IMG/VR virus record: IMGVR_UViG_3300030433_001574
Span: 32,001 to 96,000 of that record
Length of the DNA stretch: 64,000 nucleotides
Strand: one strand, 5' to 3'
Origin: a virus
Lineage: Duplodnaviria; Caudoviricetes
Shown in pieces: positions 39,769 through 48,314 of the stretch. Both the position numbers and the translations under genes were made by a program. The notes under the pieces are model-generated. The model ran no database searches, was not told the origin of the DNA, and saw only the letters and a list, made by a program, of their open reading frames with translations. How positions within the stretch are numbered: position 1 is the stretch's first letter; every line of letters starts with the position of its first letter.

Positions 39769-39807
39769 ATTGTTCATCTCCTTTTTTTGTTGTTATTGTA
39801 TGAGTCC

Positions 39808-40659
39808 TCACTCACTGCGGTATAGTCCTCCAGCAAGTTGGTGAACTTCGTCCCAACTCATGTTTGCCAAGTCTTGTGTGCTTGGCACTTCAATGGCTGG
39901 GGTGGCTGACTTAGCGATTGTTTCGCCAGCGCCACTGGAAAGGTTGTCGATTCGCTCATTAAGTGCTCCGAGAGCCTTCATGACTTCATCGAGAGGGCCA
40001 CGAGCGTCGAACTCTGCTGCTTGAGCCTTTGCGAGTTCAGCAGCGGATTCTTGAGCGTATCGGCCTTCAAAGTTTTGTTCAAGGGACTTGCGGAACTCTT
40101 CTTCTTGCTTTGCAGCCTTGAAGACTCCGTATGCCTCTTCGATTCGGTGAGCGTCGATGTCATGACCAGTAATGAAGTCAGACTTTTCGATGCTTCCACC
40201 ACCGCTTAGTCCAGCACGCTGGATAGCGTTGGTAGATGGGTTGCCTCCTTCTTGAGCACGACCCTTGACTTGTCCAGCAAAGTAATCAGCACCATCGCCA
40301 ATTGCTTCAGGGGTAGAACCGAGGTTTGCTTTTGCTACTGTGTCGAAGTGAGCACGAGCAGCGATTGTATCAACACCTGCGGATTTGAGAGTGTTTTCCA
40401 TCCAGTCGAGATATTCAGAAGTAATAACGTCAGAGAACTCAGACTTCATCTTGTCGTCTTTCTTCTCATCCTTCTTGTCGTCTTCTTTGTCTTCCATGTA
40501 GTTACCCTTTTCCTTGTCGTCTTTGTCCTCAGATTCTTCTTTCTTTTTCTTCTGAGCGTCTTTCAAGGCTTGAGGTAGTTCTCCTTTCTCCATAGAGTCC
40601 AGTCGTCCCTCAAGTCGGGTCAATACATCGTTCATTTGTTCCATTACATCGTCGGTCAT
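39808..40659 (-). CDS. Nested scaffold protein from an internal in-frame start
   Basis: AAGGTGAACAAA-ATG 40659 (MTDDVMEQ) sits exactly after the protease domain, as in lambda C/Nu3. Confidence 0.6.
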   Translation of the reverse strand: MTDDVMEQMNDVLTRLEGRLDSMEKGELPQALKDAQKKKKEESEDKDDKEKGNYMEDKEDDKKDEKKDDKMKSEFSDVITSEYLDWMENTLKSAGVDTIAARAHFDTVAKANLGSTPEAIGDGADYFAGQVKGRAQEGGNPSTNAIQRAGLSGGGSIEKSDFITGHDIDAHRIEEAYGVFKAAKQEEEFRKSLEQNFEGRYAQESAAELAKAQAAEFDARGPLDEVMKALGALNERIDNLSSGAGETIAKSATPAIEVPSTQDLANMSWDEVHQLAGGLYRSE

Positions 40660-41193
40660 TTTGTTCACCTTGTTTTTGTCTTCCTTTAGTATGTTGAATG
40701 TGGCTTCGGGGTTAATTCCTTTTTCGCATATTGTGATTTCGTGTAGTTCCAGTTTTGATATTTCTTGATATGAGCCGTGGGATTTGTCGCTTTTGTTTAC
40801 TCGCTTGAATGCTTGTCCTCCGATACTGAATCCTGTTAGGTTTCCTTTTCGGATTTCACTTGCTACTTCTCGTGCCTTCTCGATGTCGTTTCTTAATTTT
40901 ACCACAACAAACATTCCAGCATCGTCTACTTCGCTTTTCCACAACCTCCCTTGATTATCTGTATAATTTGAAATTACTTCTCCTACTTGTATATTTGAAT
41001 GTGCTAATTGGACGTTTCGATACTTTGGGTCTGACATGAATTTTTTGAAAGCGTCTTTCAATGCTGCCCTTGTAATTAAATCTCCTTGCTTGTCTACGAG
41101 TTCAACAGAGGCATACCCTGCCACAATGAGGTCATTGACCCCCTTGAGGAGTTCGATACCATTTCTCCGCTGACTTCGCAACACACTATCCAC
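39808..41193 (-). CDS. Prohead serine protease fused to scaffold
   Basis: GYASVELVDKQGD, catalytic H (LAHSN), GFSIGG (Ser), LHEITI...NPEA, then a charged coiled-coil scaffold. Confidence 0.9.
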   Translation of the reverse strand: MDSVLRSQRRNGIELLKGVNDLIVAGYASVELVDKQGDLITRAALKDAFKKFMSDPKYRNVQLAHSNIQVGEVISNYTDNQGRLWKSEVDDAGMFVVVKLRNDIEKAREVASEIRKGNLTGFSIGGQAFKRVNKSDKSHGSYQEISKLELHEITICEKGINPEATFNILKEDKNKVNKMTDDVMEQMNDVLTRLEGRLDSMEKGELPQALKDAQKKKKEESEDKDDKEKGNYMEDKEDDKKDEKKDDKMKSEFSDVITSEYLDWMENTLKSAGVDTIAARAHFDTVAKANLGSTPEAIGDGADYFAGQVKGRAQEGGNPSTNAIQRAGLSGGGSIEKSDFITGHDIDAHRIEEAYGVFKAAKQEEEFRKSLEQNFEGRYAQESAAELAKAQAAEFDARGPLDEVMKALGALNERIDNLSSGAGETIAKSATPAIEVPSTQDLANMSWDEVHQLAGGLYRSE

Positions 41194-41214
41194 TCCTGTG
41201 TTTGTTCACCTACA

Positions 41215-41222
41215 TAAATAAA
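41215..41222 (-). promoter_or_regulatory. TATA-like box for the protease-scaffold-MCP operon
   Basis: TTTATTTA 22-29 nt upstream of GTG 41193. Confidence 0.45.
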
Positions 41223-41228
41223 GCGGCA

Positions 41229-44200
41229 TCACTCTTCTTCATCCTCATCGTCCAAATCGCTGTGCTGCTTGCGTTTTTTTCGCTCTAAGCGTTTGTTACG
41301 CACATGCTCGTATTCTTCTTCCGAATCTTCTGTCGGGCGCTCAATCATGTCCCAGTCGGGAACACTTTCTTCACTGGTCAGGCTGGTTGGGCCTCGTGGT
41401 GATTCAACTGCATCACCTACGTCGATACCCAATCCTTGAGCCGCTACTCGACCTGACATCTTTTCTTTCTGTAGGTTGTCAATTCGTTCTGTCAAGTCAG
41501 CGATACGAGTAATTGTCTTGAGCATTGTTTTCATACTGGGCTTCATGATGTTCATTTCATCATCGGCATCAATGATACCAGCCGATTGTTTTTCGCTGTG
41601 CCTTCTGTCTTTTTCAGAATGCATGGAATGATAGGTCTTGTCAGGAATAATCTCTTCGACTACAGTATCGTCTTTCTTATCGACTCCTTTGAGCATCAAC
41701 GACACAGCCTGATTCCATAGCGGTCTAACGCTTTCGGCCAGTTGAAGCGTGTAGTCAGACTGGCTCAACTCACCCATAACAGAGTGTGGCGAGTGCGCCC
41801 AATTTCCAGTATGACTGGATTCTGCCTTGTAAACAACCTCGTCTAAGCCATCAAAAACAATGGATATTCTGTCATCTTTGAGAGTAATATCGTATGGAAC
41901 TGGGATAACTGGGTGAGATTTTGCCAGTAGAGATAGCGTCTCAAGACTTGCTGGACTCTCGGCATCAGCCTCTCCTACTATCTTTGAAGAGGTTACATCG
42001 TAGATTGTTTTCCCGTTTCGATTCCGCTTTTTAACACCCGATACAGATATGGAAACCGTGTCACCTTCTTTGAATGGCTTGGGGCTTTTGATAGTCCCAA
42101 CATCGAGATACTGCTTACCATCATAATCAACACCTCGATTACCAAAGCCTTCTGAGTCGAGTGGCCCTGCTCCTAAACGATAGGTGTATGGCCCTTTACC
42201 TCGTGCATCCAAGATAATGAAACTGACATTCTTGTTCTTACGAAGCAAGAACCACTTTGGATGTCTACGCTCTCCTCGCATGTAAGTTGAATTGCCATCA
42301 CGGAGCAGTAGTTGCTTGTGCTCTTCTTGTAAACTCTCTACTGTAGCCTGAAGTCCACCATCTTCTGTGATGCGAGTATCATAAGGGCCGGGAACTAAGA
42401 CGTTATCGTGACTGTCGAACTGACCCCTTAGAATTTTGAGTCGCTCTCTTACTGTCATATCTGACACATTTGTGTCATCGTAGTCAAGCAGGTCAATGAT
42501 GTGGATGTTGTCTTTCATTTGCACTGCGTCGATAATGTAGTTCTTCTCGGTCAGTTTCTTGAGACTCGCTTTGTTTTCTTCACTTATCGGCACTGCGTTA
42601 TTATCGCCGTCGTAAGCAGTAAAGCGATTCCCCTTTCGCATGATTATCATACGCTCACCATCGTAGAATGCTGAGACAACCCAATCACCGCTAAACCCTC
42701 GCAGTGCTTCAAAATCTTTGAGACTGAAGATACGATGCATTGGTAGAATAGGAGGAGGGCGAGCCTTGTCTTCTTTCAACAAAGCATCAGGGTTCATCAA
42801 CACCATCAGTGTTTCAGATGGGTCGCTTGTCGAGATATTCATAGCGTCAATGTTTGGAGGTAGACCAGTGATGTCAGGACGATTCATGTTGGTAGTAGCA
42901 ACAGGAACTTGATAGCCTGATGACAATACTTGTTGAACTGCGTCTTGACCATGAACAGCGGTCATCAACTCTTCAGGAATGCTGTGCAAATACTCAGGCT
43001 CTGTGTTTGTGCCTACCATGATGGTTTTGTTACCGGGGAACTCAGCACCAACAGATGGATGCAATTGTGCGTAACCGCTGTCCATTGTGCCTGACACAAA
43101 CATATCTTGGACACTAACGCCTCGACCACCCACAGCAGGGTGAATTGGGAACATACCAAAGTTTGCTTCTTGGATTTTTGTAGGAGGTGCTACTACCTTT
43201 TCCATCGTCTGTGCTTTCGTTGGGTCGAATACAAAGAGGTCGTGAACCTTGCTTTTGGCGTTGTTGATTGGTTGGTTCATATGCCCTTTTAGACTACCAA
43301 TAGCATTCATTTTCTTACCGTAGTCTCTTTCACGGTCTGTAAGTTGAACACGACTTAGACCATGTAAGTTGAGTTGATTTTGTTGGTTAGGTCTGAAGAG
43401 TGTCTCTAACTGTGTCAAACTTTTTCCATACTTATCTCGGAAAACACCAGCGAATTTTCTATCAGCCTTCATTCTACCAGTAGGGTCTTCTTTAGCCGAT
43501 GGTCGAGTTTGGATATGCTCTCTTAGAATAGACTCAATCGCTTCGTGATGGTCGTCGGTGGTAAACATGTCATTTGTTTCTTCACCAGTGAAACTAACAC
43601 CTGAGCCTAACAAATCACCATGTCGTAGAACTTTGACAGGTGCATCCATACCTTCAAGCAATCTTGTAATCATGTGATTGTGAGCATCATCGTTTGGTAA
43701 ATTAAGAAGAGAGCGAACCTTTTCAGGAGAGTGTGTAGGTAAAATCTCTTTACCAGCAGCACCCAAGACGCTTGCTATAGTGTGGTGAGGCGATACAACA
43801 TCTTCGCCTTGAGAAAGCAATTCACTGGCGCTTTTTTGCTCTCTCATGATTTCACCATAACCATGCGTCTCTAAGCCATGCGTCTCATGAGGTAATCGCA
43901 ACAAAGCAAGGTTAGCATCCTTGAATAAGCGAGAAGTATTTGCTATGAACTTGTCAGGGAACTCAGGGTTGAAAGCATCGGGGTCGGCCTTTTCATATTC
44001 AGGCTTTATTTTCTGAGCCATAGCCAAAATAGCATTTAGGTCGGCTTCGTCTTTTGCTTCTGAATGGTTTGCTAAATGCTCAAACTGATTAAGAAAATCA
44101 GGTTGAGCCTGTGCATGAATGTCATCAATTTCAGCCTCTATTTCATGCAGTCGTAGATTGGCTTGTGCGTATTCATCGCTACCCTGTTCCATACTTTCGA

Positions 44201-46733
44201 TGGCGATGCTAATATCATCATACTCATCATCCAATTCTTGAACAGCATCTCGTTGCGATTCAGTTAGCATTCCCTTTACGTCATCTTTCTTTTTCTTATG
44301 TCCTTGATGAATACGAAACAGTTCTTTGCTATTTTCATTATGACTCAGCCTCGCATCAGCAGGTAGATTGCTTCGACTAAGACGACGATGCTGCTTCATA
44401 GGCTCGTGTGGGGGATGAAGACGACCACCCATTGTTGCATTGCGATGAGATTTTACTGAGTTTGTATGCGATTGTGTAAGTTGCATACCCATACCACCTA
44501 TAGCGTTGATTGGATTTGAACTAAAGTGATTTTCTGAATCTTTGAGTGTATTTAGAGCAGCACCGTTGTAGTAAATCTCTCTTTCTTTATCGCTCATGTA
44601 ACGAATCGCATTCGCATATTCTCCGTTCAAAGAAGATGCTTGTCGAAAGGGCATGTTCTTGTTGTTTCTTGGTTTACGATGAATGTGATTTGAAGCATCC
44701 CATAGAGAAGCGATACCATGTCCTCCAATGTGCTCTCTTATGATTTTTGAATACAGAGAAGGAACGTATCGACCCCAAAGCCCTATTGTCTTTGCATTAG
44801 GAATAAACTCATTACCCTCAACTTTACCGATGACTGAAAAACCCTGAGCGTCTTTTGGTAAGGAGTCATGTATCATCTCCAAATAATGCACGACGTTTCT
44901 ACCCATACCACCTTGATGATGAAACTCATCAGCAAAGTGAGCACCAAGCCCAATGATGTTACCCATATCGTCTGTGAGGTAATGTTCTCTTTCATCTACT
45001 GGAATATCAGTGATGTCGTAACCGTTTGAGCCTCCATGATGAAACCAATCGTGATTACGAACTGGCTTCTGTTCTTTGTTCTCCTTAGCCAACTCTTGCG
45101 CTCTGTCTATGATTTGCTTGATTTTAGTCTGAGAAACAAGTGGCCCTTCATATCCAAGTAGTAGAGGGTGTGAGTCCATTTCAGTCATGTCTTCATTGTA
45201 ACCCATAAGAGCCAGCATTGTTTTTACATCTACAAAATTTTGCTCTTTTTCATCAAGCACCTTCAACTCCTGAAGAATACCTTCACCATGATGAAGTGGA
45301 TGTGCCTTTGCACCTTCGTGAATTTTTGCACCCTGTCGCATCGCTCTAACTGGTAGTTGGTTGATGAAATCTTCATCTTCATCGGGCGGTTTTTCAAACG
45401 CACCAACATCAAGAGCATCCTTGTGCTCAGTAAGAAGTTCATTGTATTCACTCAAAAGGTTGTCATAGACAGATATTGAAGACTCGTTATCGCTATCAAA
45501 AGGCGTATCTTGCATCGCCTGTATCAAGGATTGATTAAGGAATCTCTGTTCTCCGTTTGGAACGTCATCAATTGTTTCGTAGTGTCTCCTAACATTCGCA
45601 CCATGAATGTGCTGTGGTCGCATGTAGTGGTCAAACTCACCAGTAAATCGCTGAGCAAGGTTTCGTTTAATACGCCCAGCGCTGATGCTCATACCATTAC
45701 CTAAGTCGATGTTTTGAACATCGTGAGCATCTGTGCCTTTTTCGTGAATGTGGTCGATAACCTTCTGTCTTTCAAGCGGAGATAAAAATTCCAAACCGTA
45801 GAGATAGCCCTCATATCCCAGCGCTTCTCTAAGCGGTTTTGCTTCAAGGTCAGCCTCACTTGCGCCGCTGTAAAGATAGTCTTGAATCTCTTGTTCTGTC
45901 ATACCCTCCTTTGGGTCATACATCTCACTGTGATACTGGTCGCCTTCCCATCTGTCAGCAGCGTCTTCAAAGTGCATCAATTGTAGAGCGTGCTCGTGCT
46001 CAGCAGGTATGGGGTATTTGTCCATCATTTCATTGACGGCCGCTGGGTTTTCTCCTTTCCATCGTTCAAAGTCTCGGAGATAAAGGTCGTAGGCATAGTT
46101 GTCTTTCAAAGGCCCAAGATGATTGTAGTGCTTAACATCCTTACCTACTGCGTTGTCAAACTTTGTCTTACCAATTACCGACAAGTTGTTTTGCTTTTGC
46201 TCATAACTTTCTTTGCCTTTTTCGGCTTCTTTGTATCGTTCAGCCAAACTCTTACCACCCGGTTCAGATGGTAAGTAGAAGCGTCGTAACTTTTCTGTCA
46301 TTTTTGACCTACCAGTTATGGCGTGCTTCTGACGTAGAGGATGGTGGTTTTTGTGATGAGGATGCGACTCAGGATAATGTTGCCCTTGAGCGAACTCAGC
46401 ATGAGGGAACGAAGAAGCCAAATCAAACAAGGAGCGCTCTCTCATACGTCCTTGCCACGGATGGTTACCAATCCGCATCTCTGCGCCTCGTTCAAAACTA
46501 AACACACCCTTCTGTTTCTTATCGAATCGGTGTCGCTTTTTCTTGGCTTGCTTGAGCAACGAATCACAGATTTCATCCATAGGTGTCGCATCAATACGAA
46601 TGCCGTGATTTTCTAAATTCATCTTAGCAAAGTGAAAGTCTCCAACAGCGTTAGGAATGTCGATACCATCTATGATTGATTTGAGAAGTTCGTTACGACT
46701 TCTGTAATACCAATCAGATGGCGTTTCAATCAA
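41229..46733 (-). CDS. 1834-aa putative internal head protein with a degenerate ATP-dependent DNA ligase (NTase+OB) domain
   Basis: WVVSAFYDGER (motif I K to F), IIDAVQ, IIDLL, ERLKIL, KQLLLRD..STY..G.R...WFLLRK, then an OB-like region at about 41930-42760. Confidence 0.8.
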   Translation of the reverse strand: MIETPSDWYYRSRNELLKSIIDGIDIPNAVGDFHFAKMNLENHGIRIDATPMDEICDSLLKQAKKKRHRFDKKQKGVFSFERGAEMRIGNHPWQGRMRERSLFDLASSFPHAEFAQGQHYPESHPHHKNHHPLRQKHAITGRSKMTEKLRRFYLPSEPGGKSLAERYKEAEKGKESYEQKQNNLSVIGKTKFDNAVGKDVKHYNHLGPLKDNYAYDLYLRDFERWKGENPAAVNEMMDKYPIPAEHEHALQLMHFEDAADRWEGDQYHSEMYDPKEGMTEQEIQDYLYSGASEADLEAKPLREALGYEGYLYGLEFLSPLERQKVIDHIHEKGTDAHDVQNIDLGNGMSISAGRIKRNLAQRFTGEFDHYMRPQHIHGANVRRHYETIDDVPNGEQRFLNQSLIQAMQDTPFDSDNESSISVYDNLLSEYNELLTEHKDALDVGAFEKPPDEDEDFINQLPVRAMRQGAKIHEGAKAHPLHHGEGILQELKVLDEKEQNFVDVKTMLALMGYNEDMTEMDSHPLLLGYEGPLVSQTKIKQIIDRAQELAKENKEQKPVRNHDWFHHGGSNGYDITDIPVDEREHYLTDDMGNIIGLGAHFADEFHHQGGMGRNVVHYLEMIHDSLPKDAQGFSVIGKVEGNEFIPNAKTIGLWGRYVPSLYSKIIREHIGGHGIASLWDASNHIHRKPRNNKNMPFRQASSLNGEYANAIRYMSDKEREIYYNGAALNTLKDSENHFSSNPINAIGGMGMQLTQSHTNSVKSHRNATMGGRLHPPHEPMKQHRRLSRSNLPADARLSHNENSKELFRIHQGHKKKKDDVKGMLTESQRDAVQELDDEYDDISIAIESMEQGSDEYAQANLRLHEIEAEIDDIHAQAQPDFLNQFEHLANHSEAKDEADLNAILAMAQKIKPEYEKADPDAFNPEFPDKFIANTSRLFKDANLALLRLPHETHGLETHGYGEIMREQKSASELLSQGEDVVSPHHTIASVLGAAGKEILPTHSPEKVRSLLNLPNDDAHNHMITRLLEGMDAPVKVLRHGDLLGSGVSFTGEETNDMFTTDDHHEAIESILREHIQTRPSAKEDPTGRMKADRKFAGVFRDKYGKSLTQLETLFRPNQQNQLNLHGLSRVQLTDRERDYGKKMNAIGSLKGHMNQPINNAKSKVHDLFVFDPTKAQTMEKVVAPPTKIQEANFGMFPIHPAVGGRGVSVQDMFVSGTMDSGYAQLHPSVGAEFPGNKTIMVGTNTEPEYLHSIPEELMTAVHGQDAVQQVLSSGYQVPVATTNMNRPDITGLPPNIDAMNISTSDPSETLMVLMNPDALLKEDKARPPPILPMHRIFSLKDFEALRGFSGDWVVSAFYDGERMIIMRKGNRFTAYDGDNNAVPISEENKASLKKLTEKNYIIDAVQMKDNIHIIDLLDYDDTNVSDMTVRERLKILRGQFDSHDNVLVPGPYDTRITEDGGLQATVESLQEEHKQLLLRDGNSTYMRGERRHPKWFLLRKNKNVSFIILDARGKGPYTYRLGAGPLDSEGFGNRGVDYDGKQYLDVGTIKSPKPFKEGDTVSISVSGVKKRNRNGKTIYDVTSSKIVGEADAESPASLETLSLLAKSHPVIPVPYDITLKDDRISIVFDGLDEVVYKAESSHTGNWAHSPHSVMGELSQSDYTLQLAESVRPLWNQAVSLMLKGVDKKDDTVVEEIIPDKTYHSMHSEKDRRHSEKQSAGIIDADDEMNIMKPSMKTMLKTITRIADLTERIDNLQKEKMSGRVAAQGLGIDVGDAVESPRGPTSLTSEESVPDWDMIERPTEDSEEEYEHVRNKRLERKKRKQHSDLDDEDEEE

Positions 46734-46745
46734 TCAAAGACCCCC

Positions 46746-47567
46746 TCAATAGGGGCTGTTGCTGAGAACCCCGTTGTTGTCAAGACGGCTTACTCCGCCA
46801 CCTTCGTGTGGGTTCAACATAGAGGCCAACTTGTCAAGACTGACTTGCACTGATGTAGCGCCTTTGTTGGCAACGTCTTCAGCGTTGTATGGATATTGAT
46901 TAGTTGTGTAGTAGGCGTTTCTTGTTTGACCACCAGTTTCAGACATAAACATGACACCCATTGGGGAAGAGTCATACGATGTAGCAAAGCCGGGTTGAGA
47001 ACCTTCGGCAACTGCTTTTTCGACTGTCACTCTTGGGCTTTTATCACTCAAAGGCATTTGCTCGTTGCTTCGGAAGCCGGGTCGCTTGACTGCGACACCA
47101 CGCCTTTCACCACGCTTTTGCTGTCGAGGTGGGCCTTCGTTCATTCTGAAATCACTTTCACCAGTATCTTCTCGCATAGGCATTTCAGCCATTGGAGACA
47201 TGTCAGGGTTATCAGGGAAACTTCGTGGTTGTCGTGGTTCGGGGGCTTCACCCATGTTTCTCTTTTGTGCGTCAGCGATTGTGAATGTGTTGGCTTTCAT
47301 TTTGTCGTCTTTGTCAGCCTTTGATTTCATATCTTTTGCACCCTTACCATCAGCGGCAAATTTAGGAACTTTCTTACCATCATGTTCAACCATTTCAAGA
47401 CCCTTTTCCATAGCGTTGCAACCAGTCTTACAACTTCCCATTTTGGTCATTTTACCGCACTCATCGCATTTTGCTTTTTCAAGTGTATCAATACGCTCAG
47501 AAAGATACTGGGCTTTGTTCATCAGGTCAAGTGCTTGTCTACTCATTGGGGATGGTATTGGCTTCAT
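46746..47567 (-). CDS. Putative internal head protein (K/M/D-rich, disordered)
   Basis: Between portal and protease; repeated LEKA, MEKG, MKS, VEKA motifs. Confidence 0.55.
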   Translation of the reverse strand: MKPIPSPMSRQALDLMNKAQYLSERIDTLEKAKCDECGKMTKMGSCKTGCNAMEKGLEMVEHDGKKVPKFAADGKGAKDMKSKADKDDKMKANTFTIADAQKRNMGEAPEPRQPRSFPDNPDMSPMAEMPMREDTGESDFRMNEGPPRQQKRGERRGVAVKRPGFRSNEQMPLSDKSPRVTVEKAVAEGSQPGFATSYDSSPMGVMFMSETGGQTRNAYYTTNQYPYNAEDVANKGATSVQVSLDKLASMLNPHEGGGVSRLDNNGVLSNSPY

Positions 47568-47911
47568 TGTGTCACCTCTGTTGATTTTGCTTGTTCGGCC
47601 ATTTCATGAATTTCCTCCCAAGACATTAAGTGAATTTCGTTGTTTGTGTATTCGTTCTGACTCTTCAATAAAGCAGAATCATCAGACGTTCCTACACCGA
47701 TGTCTCCTCTAAATGCGTCAGTGGAAACATCTTGGCTTAGCGGTGTCATAGTGGCTACAAACCCTGCTTTTCTTAGCATTGAAATAGGGTCACTCAAAGC
47801 CTGTTTGAGTTGTATGTTTTCTGTTTTCAAAACCTGAAGGTCGCTGTCCATGTTTTCCATTTTTGTAATCAGAGCATTCATCAAACGCTCAGCAGTGGAT
47901 TCTTCGGACAT
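47564..47911 (-). CDS. Scaffold-like coiled-coil protein
   Basis: N-terminal heptads, LLKS, and C-terminal MSWEEIHEMA matching the scaffold's MSWDEVHQLA. Confidence 0.6.
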   Translation of the reverse strand: MSEESTAERLMNALITKMENMDSDLQVLKTENIQLKQALSDPISMLRKAGFVATMTPLSQDVSTDAFRGDIGVGTSDDSALLKSQNEYTNNEIHLMSWEEIHEMAEQAKSTEVTQ

Positions 47912-47921
47912 TTAATCACCT

Positions 47922-48269
47922 TCATTGAACGTAACGACCAAACGTGCCAGTGTGCTTTGTAAATCCACGACCTACTCGACCTGAGATAATTGTGCCGGGT
48001 AGCACGTCGCTTCGTTGAACAGAGTTGAGGCGCTCTCCAGTTTCGTTCATCTTCATCAGAGTCGATTCGCCGGGTGCGACAACAGCAACTGCGTTTTCCG
48101 CTTTCTTGATAGCCGAATGAATATCATCGTTCAAATATCCAGCGAACTTTAGAATTTCATTGAGATGCTGTTGTGCAGCAAACGGGTCACTGCTCTCCAA
48201 TGCTTTGTTAAAAGCATCTGTGTGAACAGTTAGTTTTCGTGCCATAGGATTCATTTTGATTAAGTCCAT
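47922..48269 (-). CDS. Hypothetical head-module protein
   Basis: Follows the portal; LIKM, IKKA and LMKM motifs. Confidence 0.6.
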   Translation of the reverse strand: MDLIKMNPMARKLTVHTDAFNKALESSDPFAAQQHLNEILKFAGYLNDDIHSAIKKAENAVAVVAPGESTLMKMNETGERLNSVQRSDVLPGTIISGRVGRGFTKHTGTFGRYVQ

Positions 48270-48314
48270 AATCTCGCCTCTACTGTAATCGTAGTGATAC
48301 CACCCTAAATAGTG

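Noticed and set aside
41229-46733. Functional replicative DNA ligase
   Set aside because: The motif I Lys and the motif III, IV and V catalytic residues are substituted
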